A stretch of DNA of 64,000 nucleotides from Candidatus Poribacteria bacterium (GTDB lineage: Bacteria; Poribacteria; WGA-4E; PCPOR2b), in the NCBI GenBank assembly GCA_965218095.1, contig OZ244587.1, positions 4,736,001-4,800,000 of the forward strand. The letters run 5' to 3'. The number at the start of each line of letters is the position of its first letter. Within the stretch, counting starts at the first letter, position 1. The notes beneath the pieces were generated by a model that was not told the origin of the DNA, searched no databases, and was given only the letters and a program-made list of their open reading frames with translations. Made by a program: the position numbers and the translations under genes. Below, piece by piece: positions 10,613-21,042 of this stretch.

Positions 10613-10966
10613 ATGTCAGAAGAAACAATCTTTAGCAAGATTATCCGAAAAGAGAGCCCTGCTGACATCCTGTATCAGGATGATTTGGTCACCGCTTTCC
10701 GAGACATCAGCGCCCGAGCGCCAACGCATGTTTTGATTGTTCCGAACAAACTCATCCCTACCGTTGATGACATCACCCCAGCGGATGAACCGACTTTGGG
10801 CAGAATGTTTACTGTCGCGTCGAAAGTCGCAAAAGATGAGGAAATTGCCAAGGATGGCTACCGTTTAATTGTCAACTGTCGGCGGCATGGGGGGCAAGAC
10901 GTTTATCATCTGCACATGCACCTGCTTGGCGGGCGTCCGTTAGGTCTAATGCTGGCGAGGACATAA
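10613..10966 (+). CDS. hinT: Histidine triad nucleotide-binding protein
   Basis: EETIFSKII and the HLHMHLLGG triad. Confidence 0.93.
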   Translation: MSEETIFSKIIRKESPADILYQDDLVTAFRDISARAPTHVLIVPNKLIPTVDDITPADEPTLGRMFTVASKVAKDEEIAKDGYRLIVNCRRHGGQDVYHLHMHLLGGRPLGLMLART

Positions 10967-11178
10967 CACCGAAACCGGGATTCAATCATTTTTAAGGAGA
11001 TGAGCACCATAGAAAGTCGAGAGATTGGCTAAGAAACAAAGCGTTTTCATAAACCCGTTTTTTCTCTATGCCATTTCGTTGATGGCAGCCAACTTCAAAG
11101 CCCAATGTGGAAGCCCCCGTTTTCACGTTTTACGCATTACGTTTCACGCATCACATCTGGAGGTGTTTACATTCTATA

Positions 11179-12849
11179 ATGTCTGAAAATCGAGCCGAAA
11201 ACGTGTCGATTATTCCCATCGGTGGGTTAGCGGAGTTCGGCATGAATATGATGGTCTATGAATATGGTGATGAGCTCATCGTCATTGATGCTGGGCTCAT
11301 GTTTCCAGAAGCCGATATGCCCGGCGTGGATTTGGTGTTCCCAGACATCACATACTTGCTTGAGAACCGAGATAAAGTTAAAGGTGTTATCATTACTCAT
11401 GCGCATGAAGACCATGTGGGAGGACTTGCATTTTTTCTTCGCCAGATTAACGTCTCCGTTTACGGCACAGAATTAACCCTCGCCTTAGCGAAAGGACGGT
11501 TACGCGAATATAATGTTTTAGCAGATGCACAATTGAACATCATTCACCCGGATGATACCCTACAACTCGGCTGTTTCAAACTGGAATTCATTCATGTTTC
11601 CCACAGCATTCCTGATGCGGTCGCGGTTGCTATTCATACCCCTGTCGGAATCATCGTCCATGCTAGCGACTTTAAATTCGATCAAACCCCCGTTGACGAT
11701 CGCCTGACCGAAATTCACAAGCTTGCTGCACTCGGTGAAAAAGGGGTTTTACTGCTTTTATCTGACAGCACCAACGCCGATCGACCGGATTTCACGCCTT
11801 CCGAGCGTGCAATCTATCGCGATCTGGATCAGATCTTTCAAAAGGCGGAGAACTGCCTGTTTCTGGCAACGTTTTCGTCGAGCCTGCATCGTATTCAACA
11901 ATTTATAGATCTCGCAATCGCCCATCGCCGCCTGATCGCGGTTACCGGGCGTTCGATGATTGGTAATATCCGAACGGCATCAGAGTTGGGCTATTTAGAT
12001 GTGCCGCACAACCTCCTGATCGATGCGCGAGAGGTCAAACACTTTCAGCCCCACGAAGTTGTTGTGCTCAGCACTGGCAGTCAAGGCGAGCCCCGGTCTG
12101 CTATGGCATTGATGGGGATGGATAATCATGCGTTCCTGCATATTGAACCGGGGGATACCGTCGTAATTTCCGCACGGTTGATTCCCGGTAATGAGCGATC
12201 AGTCAGGCACATGATAAATCACCTGCTGCGGCGTGGGGCGCGTGTCTTCCATGAAAGGAATGCTAATGTTCACGTTTCAGGGCACGGGGCACAGGAAGAT
12301 CTCAAGCTGATGATGAACCTCGTTCGTCCCAAATTCTTTGTGCCAATGCACGGAGAATATAGCAATCTGGTACAGCACGCTGAACTTGCAGAGACGATTG
12401 GCATCCCTCCAGAAAACATCACTGTTGCTGAAGATGGGGACCGCCTCCTGCTGACCGACAATTCCTGCGGCATTCATGGGAGAGTTCCGACGGGGCGTGT
12501 TTTCGTGGATGGGAAGTTAGAGATGGGTATCGACGACATCGTGGTACATGACCGGCAGCAACTTGCGGAAGATGGTATGGTCATTCCGATTGTGGTCCTC
12601 AACAGCAACAGTGGAGAGCTTGCCACAGGTCCGGATATTGTTTCCAGAGGCTTTGTCTATATGGATGAATCCAAAGATCTAATGAACGAAGCCAAAGAGA
12701 TCGTCATCCGTGCAATCGAGCAACTTAGCCCGGAGAGCAAGAGCGAAGAGGAAACAGTGCAGGAAGAAATTCGGATTGTCCTGCGTCGGTTCTTCAAGCA
12801 GAAAACGGATCGACGTCCAATGGTACTGCCTATGGTCATGCGGGTCTAA
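11179..12849 (+). CDS. rnj: Ribonuclease J
   Basis: GGLAEFGMN, THAHEDH, HSIPD, TGSQGEP, HVSGH; start placed at ATG 11179. Confidence 0.95.
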   Translation: MSENRAENVSIIPIGGLAEFGMNMMVYEYGDELIVIDAGLMFPEADMPGVDLVFPDITYLLENRDKVKGVIITHAHEDHVGGLAFFLRQINVSVYGTELTLALAKGRLREYNVLADAQLNIIHPDDTLQLGCFKLEFIHVSHSIPDAVAVAIHTPVGIIVHASDFKFDQTPVDDRLTEIHKLAALGEKGVLLLLSDSTNADRPDFTPSERAIYRDLDQIFQKAENCLFLATFSSSLHRIQQFIDLAIAHRRLIAVTGRSMIGNIRTASELGYLDVPHNLLIDAREVKHFQPHEVVVLSTGSQGEPRSAMALMGMDNHAFLHIEPGDTVVISARLIPGNERSVRHMINHLLRRGARVFHERNANVHVSGHGAQEDLKLMMNLVRPKFFVPMHGEYSNLVQHAELAETIGIPPENITVAEDGDRLLLTDNSCGIHGRVPTGRVFVDGKLEMGIDDIVVHDRQQLAEDGMVIPIVVLNSNSGELATGPDIVSRGFVYMDESKDLMNEAKEIVIRAIEQLSPESKSEEETVQEEIRIVLRRFFKQKTDRRPMVLPMVMRV

Positions 12850-13134
12850 TTGCCGATTATGGTGCCCGATTTTGCCTTGATTTTTCCCATGATGTGCTTC
12901 ATACTGAAAGGAACATAATGGGAAATGACAAGTTCCGCCTCGCGGAATCCTCGCGGAACAGGATCTCATTCGGTATAATTTATACCTTGACTTTGGTAAA
13001 TTAAAAAGAGATCGTTGGCAGATCCGTTGGTCGCTCCGGTCTTCGACCGAGAATCTTCGACTTGCCCCCCCGGCCCCCCAATGCTGGCTAACTATTACCC
13101 ATAAGTCCGCAAACTCGCATGGGCAGCGGGTTTG

Positions 13135-13250
13135 CTCCCTCTCCCTTGACGGCCGGGGTGAGGATGAAAAGCGCCTCATGTCGGCCACTGGGGAATGATG
13201 CGGTTTGCCGCCCCTTCACCCTAACCCTCTCCCACGAGGGGAGACGGAAC
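13135..13250. repeat. BoxC-like repeats
   Basis: CCCTTCACCCTAACCCTCTCCCACGAGGGGAGA plus a partial inverted copy; same family as 2937-3024. Confidence 0.55.
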
Positions 13251-13491
13251 TTATCGGCTGCGGCCCAATATGTAGGTAATAGTAAGCCAATGCTGGGGGG
13301 AGAATCGCCGAAACTCCTGAAGCCTGCCCCGATCCATCGGGGAATGTGGATAGCGTAGAACCTAACCAGCCGTGTGCGCCGCAGTTGACGGCGGGGAGTT
13401 GTGGGTTTATGAAGGTTTTTGGGGTTGCGGTGGGTTTTGGTTTGTCGAATGCTTTCGGCAACCCTCGCCGCAACTGAATTTTTCCTCGTTA

Positions 13492-13517
13492 GCCCCCGAT
13501 CAAAGGTCGGGGGCTAC
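13492..13517 (-). repeat. GTAG-type REP palindrome
   Basis: Reverse complement GTAGCCCCCGACCTTTGATCGGGGGC. Confidence 0.55.
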
Positions 13518-13649
13518 GACTACAAAAACTTATGGTCAGCTACTAATAATCAACTCTTATCCGAAGATTGAAGAATTCTTATCCGAAGATTGAAGAATCA
13601 AGCAAGAACCCAACATGTCATTCTAAAGTCCAACTATGAATAACCGAAT

Positions 13650-14648
13650 ATGAATAACCGAATTTTACCGACAGTTGCAATCACTATCGGCGATCCGGCT
13701 GGAATTGGCCCTGAAGTGGTCATGAAGGCACTGGCTGATCCTGCCCTGTTAAATTTGGCTCGCTGGATTATTCTTGGCGATGCAGGCATTCTGGACCTGG
13801 CTGGGACGCAGGTGAGTTTGGACCCACCGGGTTGCGTCGTTGACAATGTTTCACAGCGTCCGACAGAAGCGCAGGTGTGCGTGCTGGATTTACACCAACT
13901 GGAGCCTTCCCAATTTATCGCCGGAAAACTCAGTGCAGCCTGTGGGCGTGCAGCTCTCGAATATGTACGAGTGGCAACTCAGCTTTGTCTTGATGGTCAG
14001 TCTGACGCCATGGTGACCGCGCCTTTGAACAAAGAGGCAGTGGCTTTAACGGGTCAGCGTTTTTCAGGCCACACAGAATTTATCGCTGACCTGTGCGGCG
14101 TCGCAGAATCACGTATGTTGCTTGTCAACGACCGTCTGCAAGTGATTCATGTTTCTACGCATCGTTCGTTGCGGAGCGCTTGTGAGTTGGAGACGCCCAG
14201 AATTCTACGCACCATCCAGTTAGGGCACGAGGCACTCCAATTGCTTGGCTTTCCCCGTCCGCGCATTGCCGTGTGTGGACTCAACCCACACGCCGGCGAA
14301 AATGGATTGTTCGGCGTTGAGGATAGCGAATTCATTACCCCGGCAATTCAATCTGCACAGAATATGGGGATTATCTGCGAAGGGCCGTTTGCTGCCGATA
14401 CACTTTTCATAAAAGCAGTTAAGGGGGCGTACGATCTGGTAGTTGCAATGTATCACGATCAGGGGCATATCCCCATGAAGTTGCTCGATTTTGAACACAC
14501 CGTCAACGTCTCCCTGGGGCTTCCCATCATTCGGACTTCTGTGGATCATGGTACCGCTTTTGACATCGCTGGCAAAAATCAGGCGGACCCCAGCAGCATG
14601 AAGGCTGCCTTGAAACTGGCAGTCACTATGTCCCTCAATAGACGCTAA
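13650..14648 (+). CDS. pdxA: 4-hydroxythreonine-4-phosphate dehydrogenase family protein (PdxA/PdxA2)
   Basis: GDPAGIGPE, GHTEF, NPHAGE, MYHDQG, RTSVDHGTAFDIAG. Confidence 0.93.
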   Translation: MNNRILPTVAITIGDPAGIGPEVVMKALADPALLNLARWIILGDAGILDLAGTQVSLDPPGCVVDNVSQRPTEAQVCVLDLHQLEPSQFIAGKLSAACGRAALEYVRVATQLCLDGQSDAMVTAPLNKEAVALTGQRFSGHTEFIADLCGVAESRMLLVNDRLQVIHVSTHRSLRSACELETPRILRTIQLGHEALQLLGFPRPRIAVCGLNPHAGENGLFGVEDSEFITPAIQSAQNMGIICEGPFAADTLFIKAVKGAYDLVVAMYHDQGHIPMKLLDFEHTVNVSLGLPIIRTSVDHGTAFDIAGKNQADPSSMKAALKLAVTMSLNRR

Positions 14649-15180
14649 TCTTGTAGGATAAGCGAATACTTGATTACGCAAGATTTTCTGGATACAGATA
14701 TTTTCGCTCATGGAAAGGAGGATGCCACAGTGCTTAAAGCTGACCGCCTCCCCACCCGCGAAGAAATACAGAAACATTCCAGAAAAGCGTGGGAGGTCTA
14801 TGTGCGTGCGGCACGCTTCGAAGGGAACCAGGTAGGAACCTTTCTTGATTAGGCAAATTTCTATGACAATACCCAAACAAATTGACGAAGCCGCCGTATT
14901 TGTTGCGAAACACGTCCGCTTCGGCTGGGATACTGATGAAATGCCGCGAAACGCATGGCAAGATCGCCCGTGAATACCAAACTCCCTGCTCTATTGACCA
15001 GAATACTGCCTACCGCGATCCACTTGAGTTGGTAAATCGAGAAATTTTAAGACGTGAAGGCAAAGATCATTCAACGCGTTATCTGATGATTATGGGATGG
15101 TTATGGGATCACCAGTCACCAAATATAGGAAACTCTCCCAAAAATGACCGAATAATGAATTCAAAAATAGGAAAAGACAA

Positions 15181-18057
15181 ATGAAGTTATTTAAGCCGAC
15201 GCTCATCGGGCTACTGCTACTCCTTTTGATACATTCAATCGTAGTGCCTACGATGGCCGATGACGTGGAAAAGTGGCGAAAAGAGCTACAAAAGGATTAC
15301 GGTAAAGCCTTAAAGGAAAAGAAGAAGGAAAAACAGGCCAAACGCCACCGGGGTCTAGTCAGCAAATGGAAAGAGAAAGGGCGTCTCACCAACCTGATTC
15401 TCCTGTACGAAGCAGATGCCGAAACTGAACGTGCTGATGCCGCCCTACATTACGGACTGGGATACGCTTACGCCATTCAAGGAAGTGGAGGGGAGAACCA
15501 AGCCTCGTTATTTGAAAAGGCAGCCAATCAGTTTGAGAGTGCTATATCGCTTGCGCCGGATATGCCGCTGGCGCATTTTAGCCTTGGCGGTATCTACCAG
15601 CAACAGGGCAGGTTAGATCTCGCATCGCAGGAGATGGAGATATGCTTACAATTGAACCCCAAGCATTATCCTGCCCACTATAAACTTGGCGAAATCTACC
15701 TGGAACAAGATAACGCCGAAGCTGCCCTTGAGTCATTTCAGGCAGCGTTGAAAATTAACCGGAAATGGGGATATCCTCACTACGGAATGGGATTAGCTCA
15801 TTTCAAGCGGGGGAATGACAACGCGGCAAGGGCGGCCTTTGAGGAAGCTATAAATCGTAATCAGAAATTCGCACCTGCGCATTTCAAACTCGGACAAGTC
15901 CTTGCTAAGGAACGTTTCTTCGAGGAGGCGTGGCAAGAATATGCAGAGGGGGCGAAATACCAACCCTACACGGCCGAGGGTTTGTATGAACTCGGTGTGA
16001 TTTTCGCTCAAGAAGGGAACCAGGAAGGGGCAATCAGTATATATCAACGTGTTCTCAACAACATCAATTCGGGGTTTGCCCCTGCGCTCTTCCAGCTTGG
16101 CGAAATCTACTATGCGACAAATCAGGAAGAACTCGCGATTGAACACTATCAGCGGGCGATCGAAGCGGATGCTTCCCTCAAGGATTACTTCATCAAACAA
16201 CTGGAGCCGTACCACATGGGATTGATGGGGACGGATGAGGCGAAATCCATCCTTGATAGATCTCACGCTGTCACTCCAGACGATCCGCGCGCTTATTTCT
16301 ATTACGGCCAAATCGAGGCTGACGCGGGAAATTTGACCGCCGCGATTCAATACTATGAAAAGACGATTGCGTTGATTGAGTCTGATGAGCGCTATCTGGA
16401 TGTAGAATTGCCCCTGAGTGGCTTCTTGGATGCTTATACATTTCTGGGAGGTGTCTACTACCAACAAGGTGATAGCGAAAAGGCGATGGCGACTTATAGA
16501 CGCGCGATCGAATTAGATTCGACATTGGAGCGGCATTTCTTCGATTTGGGCAAAGCGGCTTTCGATGCCGAACAGTATAATCTCGCAATCGAGCCTTTTA
16601 AGAAGTTCCTCCTCATCTATCCGGCGAACATTGAAGCAATGTACTGGCTTGGACGCAGCTACGAAGCATTAGAAGAGCTAGGCAACGCTTTGCAGTTTTA
16701 TGCGCGAACAGTCGAGTTGGATGCAAATCATAAGGATGCCCTGATGCGATCGGCGCAGATCTATCGCCAGCAAAACGATCCGGAAAACGCACTGACAATG
16801 CTGACCCGGCTGATTGCTATCGATCCGGAGAACGTCGAGGCACACTATCTGTCCGGGCTTTCACACCTTGAGTTAGAGCACCCTGATGATGCCCTTACTG
16901 CTTTCTTAAAGACCATTCGCTTCGAGCCCAACCACCTTGATGCGCACTACCGCGCGGGGCTACTGTATGAACAGAAGGGCGATACTGATAATGCGATTGA
17001 TCGATATGAAACGGCAATCGCGCTTGATCAATCGAGAACGGATGCATTTCTTCGCCTCGGGGCGATTTATCTCCAACGTGGCGAAAAAGATAATGTCATC
17101 CGGGTGTATGAACTGTGCTTGGCAGCTAACCCTAACCATCCGCAAGCACAGTACGACTTGGCGGTTATCTTTGAGGAGCAAGGAGAGAACGAAAAAGCGA
17201 TTAAGCGCTTCGGACTTGCGAACCAGTATGACGGAGAGCATTTTGATTGGCACTTTCGTTACGCCCGTCTGCTAGCGCACCATGCAGCGACGCTGGAGGA
17301 TTATGATCAGTATGCAGCGATGGCAGTCGAAGAATACGGCAAGACCATCGCGCTTAAAAACGACTATGCGCCGGCTTACTTCTATCGTGGACTGATCACC
17401 CGTCATTACAAACAGATTGGCGACGTCCTCTACCGCTACAGCCAGATCGTGGAGGACTTCAAACGGGTGATTGTGCTGGAACCGAAAAATCTCGACGCGC
17501 ACTACTACCTCGGCATGACGTATATGGATCTCGATCAACGTCACAAAGCGAGGGAGATCTTTCAGAAAGCCCTCAAACTCAATCGAAAGTATCAGGGCGT
17601 AAACCTTCAGCTTGGGCTGATTGCGGAGTGGGAGCAGAAATTTGCGGAAGCGATTGATTATTTTCAAAACGAAGTCGCCACTGATCCAAAGTCCATGAGA
17701 GCCTATCAGCGGCTTGGGGATCTCTACAACAATTACGAACTGGACTTCGGTCGTGCCAGAAAAGCCTTCGAGAAAGCCCTGGAGTTAGAACCCAACCATG
17801 TGCCGACGCTCCTTAACTACGGAAATACGCTCTATTATCTCGACCAGCCTGGCGCGGCGACAGAACAGTTTGAAATTGCGCTTCAGTTGGAACCCAAAGA
17901 GTGGACAGCAAACTACAATCTAGCCTTGATGTATGAGTACACCGGCAAAAAGCAGCAAGCGATTGATCGGTGGAAAAAATTCCTCAAATTGAATCCACCC
18001 GTTCAATGGAAAGCAGATGCCGAACAGCATTTGCAACAACTTGAAAGTCGGCAGTAG
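15181..18057 (+). CDS. Secreted tetratricopeptide-repeat protein
   Basis: Signal-peptide-like N-terminus; many AHxxLG...A...P TPR units over 958 aa. Confidence 0.92.
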   Translation: MKLFKPTLIGLLLLLLIHSIVVPTMADDVEKWRKELQKDYGKALKEKKKEKQAKRHRGLVSKWKEKGRLTNLILLYEADAETERADAALHYGLGYAYAIQGSGGENQASLFEKAANQFESAISLAPDMPLAHFSLGGIYQQQGRLDLASQEMEICLQLNPKHYPAHYKLGEIYLEQDNAEAALESFQAALKINRKWGYPHYGMGLAHFKRGNDNAARAAFEEAINRNQKFAPAHFKLGQVLAKERFFEEAWQEYAEGAKYQPYTAEGLYELGVIFAQEGNQEGAISIYQRVLNNINSGFAPALFQLGEIYYATNQEELAIEHYQRAIEADASLKDYFIKQLEPYHMGLMGTDEAKSILDRSHAVTPDDPRAYFYYGQIEADAGNLTAAIQYYEKTIALIESDERYLDVELPLSGFLDAYTFLGGVYYQQGDSEKAMATYRRAIELDSTLERHFFDLGKAAFDAEQYNLAIEPFKKFLLIYPANIEAMYWLGRSYEALEELGNALQFYARTVELDANHKDALMRSAQIYRQQNDPENALTMLTRLIAIDPENVEAHYLSGLSHLELEHPDDALTAFLKTIRFEPNHLDAHYRAGLLYEQKGDTDNAIDRYETAIALDQSRTDAFLRLGAIYLQRGEKDNVIRVYELCLAANPNHPQAQYDLAVIFEEQGENEKAIKRFGLANQYDGEHFDWHFRYARLLAHHAATLEDYDQYAAMAVEEYGKTIALKNDYAPAYFYRGLITRHYKQIGDVLYRYSQIVEDFKRVIVLEPKNLDAHYYLGMTYMDLDQRHKAREIFQKALKLNRKYQGVNLQLGLIAEWEQKFAEAIDYFQNEVATDPKSMRAYQRLGDLYNNYELDFGRARKAFEKALELEPNHVPTLLNYGNTLYYLDQPGAATEQFEIALQLEPKEWTANYNLALMYEYTGKKQQAIDRWKKFLKLNPPVQWKADAEQHLQQLESRQ

Positions 18058-18324
18058 GCCTAAAGCATCAGAGCTCTTAGGTTATCATTTTCCTGAATAA
18101 CCCAAGTTATCTTGCTTTTTTGTAATGGTCAATAGGATGATCGACACTTTTGCTCGCCAAATCCAAGCTGCAAATTGTAGGGTTCATTTAGAAATTGACA
18201 GAAATCTGTATCCATGATAAAATCCTGATAGTTCTTGAAGCCCCCGGCTGTCTCAATTAAAATCGAAAGTCGGGGTTGGCCGGAGCATCGTGGATCCATG
18301 CACACAATCCAACAGGAGGTTGTA

Positions 18325-19437
18325 ATGTCTACAGATTCAGGTAACATCTACACAAAGTTAGGTGTACATCCGTTAATCAACGCTGAAGGAAACCAAACTG
18401 TGCGGGGTGGCTCTACGCCTTCTGCGCTGGTGAGGCAGGCGATGGAAGAGGCAGACATGAGCTATGTGGAGATGGAGGAGCTTCTCGAAAAGTCTGGAGC
18501 GTTTATCGCATCACTTCTGGACGTTGAAGCCGCCTACGTTACGGCTGGTTGCTATGCTGCGCTGGTGCTAAGTTCTGCTGCTGTCATGACCCATAATGAC
18601 CCGGAAAAAAGAGCCCAGCTCCCGGATACCACCGGTCTGAAGAACGAGATTATTCTCCAGAAGAAGCAGCGATATGGCTATGACAGAGCCTACACCGTCC
18701 CCGGTAGCAAACTGGTGATTGTGGGGGACGAGGACGGATGTACTCCAGAGCAACTGGAGAACGCTATTGGACCCAACACAGCGGCGATTGCCTACCTGAT
18801 TCAGCCTGACCAGGGAAATGCTGTCCCGCTGGAGGAGGCTGTCGAGATAGCTCATAGACACAATGTGCTCGCTATCGCTGACGGTGCAGCCCAGATCCAC
18901 CCGCTCGACTATTTTCGGCGGAATGCTCAGTCGGCTGACCTGGTATGCTTCGGCGGTAAATACTTCAACGCGCCGCACTCCACAGGTTTCGTGTGTGGGA
19001 AGAAGGATTTGATAACGGAGGTGACGGCCCACGGGTTTATCGGGCCTCGCCCAATCGGTCGGGGGATGAAGGTAGACCGGCAGGAAATCATTGGGTTTGT
19101 GACAGCTATCGATACCTGGTTCACCATGGACCATGAGAAGCGCTCCAGAGAACAGGATTCCAAGTATGCCGTTATTGCACAAGCGCTGGAGGGCATCTGC
19201 GGCGTGTCGACCGAGATTGTTCCCAAAAAAAGTCACACGTTGTCTGACCTTCATGTCACCTTTGATCCAAAAACTGTGGGCAAGAACGCAGAGCAGGTGT
19301 CTAGCGAGCTTGACGCAGGCAATCCCCGCATCAGAGTGCCCACCCAGGGCGACGATACTATCACCATTAACGCCTACACCCTGAATGTGGGAGAGGAATT
19401 CATCATAGCTAATAGGTTAAGGAGCCTGTTGCACTAG
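18325..19437 (+). CDS. SelA-like PLP-dependent enzyme (DgaE-like)
   Basis: LGVHPLINAEG, FGGKY..APHSTG, IGRGMKV; lacks the N-terminal domain of true SelA; AGGAGG RBS before ATG 18325. Confidence 0.85.
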   Translation: MSTDSGNIYTKLGVHPLINAEGNQTVRGGSTPSALVRQAMEEADMSYVEMEELLEKSGAFIASLLDVEAAYVTAGCYAALVLSSAAVMTHNDPEKRAQLPDTTGLKNEIILQKKQRYGYDRAYTVPGSKLVIVGDEDGCTPEQLENAIGPNTAAIAYLIQPDQGNAVPLEEAVEIAHRHNVLAIADGAAQIHPLDYFRRNAQSADLVCFGGKYFNAPHSTGFVCGKKDLITEVTAHGFIGPRPIGRGMKVDRQEIIGFVTAIDTWFTMDHEKRSREQDSKYAVIAQALEGICGVSTEIVPKKSHTLSDLHVTFDPKTVGKNAEQVSSELDAGNPRIRVPTQGDDTITINAYTLNVGEEFIIANRLRSLLH

Positions 19438-19577
19438 CTAGACTAGGTAGTGCAGCAGGATGCCGAGACTTTAGCCGGGGAAGCCATTTCTTTGATCGGC
19501 TGAAAGCCTCAACCTCCGGCCCATATCCACCAGAATAAAATTGACCAGGGACTGGTACAGCGCGACGAAGGTTTTGG

Positions 19578-19718
19578 CCCCACCCCCCGAGAGCTGATAG
19601 GGGTAGGTTTATGGAATCATAGCCTCAACTGAAAGTTAAAAGGGGAAAGGGGAAAGTTTTTACTTTCTACTTTCTCTGGGCAGTATTCTCATAAAAACCT
19701 ACCCTTATCAGGGTGGGG
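19578..19718. mobile_element. Short inverted-repeat (MITE-like) element
   Basis: CTGATAGGGGTAGGTTTATGGAAT versus the reverse complement of ATTCTCATAAAAACCTACCCTTATCAG; outer CCCCACCC/GGGTGGGG. Confidence 0.45.
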
Positions 19719-19730
19719 TGAGGAGGAATT

Positions 19731-20561
19731 ATGATGCTCGAAGCTAAAGGAATCATGAATGTCGAAGAGGCATTATTGCACTTGAGGATAGATGGCCAGT
19801 GTGTGGTTGATGGGGTCATCCCCGAAGACAAAGTGGACGCGATACGTCAAAGCGTCGAGGCAACGGTCGTGTCTCATGGGCGCTTCACCGGTGTAGAAGG
19901 TGTAGGGACCCGGAAAGGACTCCTTGCCTTCAACCAGTCCTTCGCTGCCTACTTAGCCGACAAGCGCGTATTGGGCGTCGCAGAGGCGTTGTTCGGACCA
20001 CACGTGCGGATTTCTTTTACGACCGCACACATCAACTATCCGGGAAACGCACGCGGCGCATGGCACGCGGACTGGCCGTTCAATCAGAAAAACGCGGGGC
20101 ACATCGCCGCACCTTATCCCGATGCAGTCATGCATCTGACCACATTGTGGATGCTCTCGCCGTTCACGCCCGAAACCGGCGGCACGCTGGTCGTTCCGGG
20201 AAGCCACCGGTCTTCTAACAACCCATCAGGAGACAACGGCGTTGACCCCCTGAAACCCTACCCAACCGAGATGCAGGCGATGGGCAACGCGGGCAGCGTG
20301 TTGATACTTGACAGCCGCACATGGCATGCGGCCGCACCCAACAGAACCGACAAGCCGCGAGTCGGGATCGCGGTGCGCTACGCGCCGTGGTGGCTCAATC
20401 TGGACGTGCTGATGCCGGGGTCGGAGGAGCGCGCCCGGATGGTGGACGAAACGGGCGGAAACGAGAACGAAGTCGCGCCGGTTCCTCCAGAGGTTTACGA
20501 AGTACTCCCAGCGGATGTTAAACCCCTTTATAGGCATTGGGTGCAGCGATCTGCCAGTTAG
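19731..20561 (+). CDS. Phytanoyl-CoA dioxygenase (PhyH) family Fe/2OG dioxygenase
   Basis: WHAD, GGTLVVPGSH, AGSVLILDSRTWH...R. Confidence 0.9.
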   Translation: MMLEAKGIMNVEEALLHLRIDGQCVVDGVIPEDKVDAIRQSVEATVVSHGRFTGVEGVGTRKGLLAFNQSFAAYLADKRVLGVAEALFGPHVRISFTTAHINYPGNARGAWHADWPFNQKNAGHIAAPYPDAVMHLTTLWMLSPFTPETGGTLVVPGSHRSSNNPSGDNGVDPLKPYPTEMQAMGNAGSVLILDSRTWHAAAPNRTDKPRVGIAVRYAPWWLNLDVLMPGSEERARMVDETGGNENEVAPVPPEVYEVLPADVKPLYRHWVQRSAS

Positions 20562-20772
20562 CGTGCGAAATTGTGTTGGTATCTACAAATCTGCACGATA
20601 CAAGGATTATTCTGGAAAATTTGACGTATTGGTAAGGAAACGTCAAATTTCGATGCCTCACCCTTGCGGACAGTGGTATAATTTTTCATCGAATACAACC
20701 AGAAGTATTGCATTCGACTTCAGTGGTATATAATTGCAGTTATGAACAATTCGGAGCGAATATTTGAGGCTT

Positions 20773-20950
20773 CGGCGCAGATACAATGCGCGAAATCCTG
20801 AAAGCCCCGGATTCGACTGCCTTTTGGGGCTAGGCAGGCCCGAACGACGTTGAGGATGACGTTTATTTCCGAAAGACTGTCGGGACACTGCCCATGACTC
20901 TCGTTGAACCGGGCGGTAAAGTTACAACGACGTGGGGGGCCTTAAGGCTG
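20773..20950 (+). ncRNA. Candidate structured RNA (family not recognised)
   Basis: Consecutive hairpins with complementary loops AGCCCC/GGGGCT and a potential ACTGCCC/GGGCGGT pairing; strand uncertain. Confidence 0.35.
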
Positions 20951-21042
20951 ATCGATAAAACTGCATTCTGTAGGGGAGGGCTTCTGTGCCATCCTTTTTG
21001 TATAGGGAGCAACCCCTGTGTTGCTCCGCAAGGAGATTTGAC

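Noticed and set aside
13554-13663. Two short tandem duplications (about 22 and 14 bp) upstream of pdxA
   Set aside because: Look like simple slippage duplications with no spacer structure; not a CRISPR
14670-15184. Short ORFs between pdxA and the TPR gene
   Set aside because: Interrupted by stops and no family recognised; possibly a decayed gene but not supportable
20808-20818. GGATTCGAC suggested a tmRNA 5' end
   Set aside because: No GGGG acceptor strand, T-arm/CCA end or tag ORF
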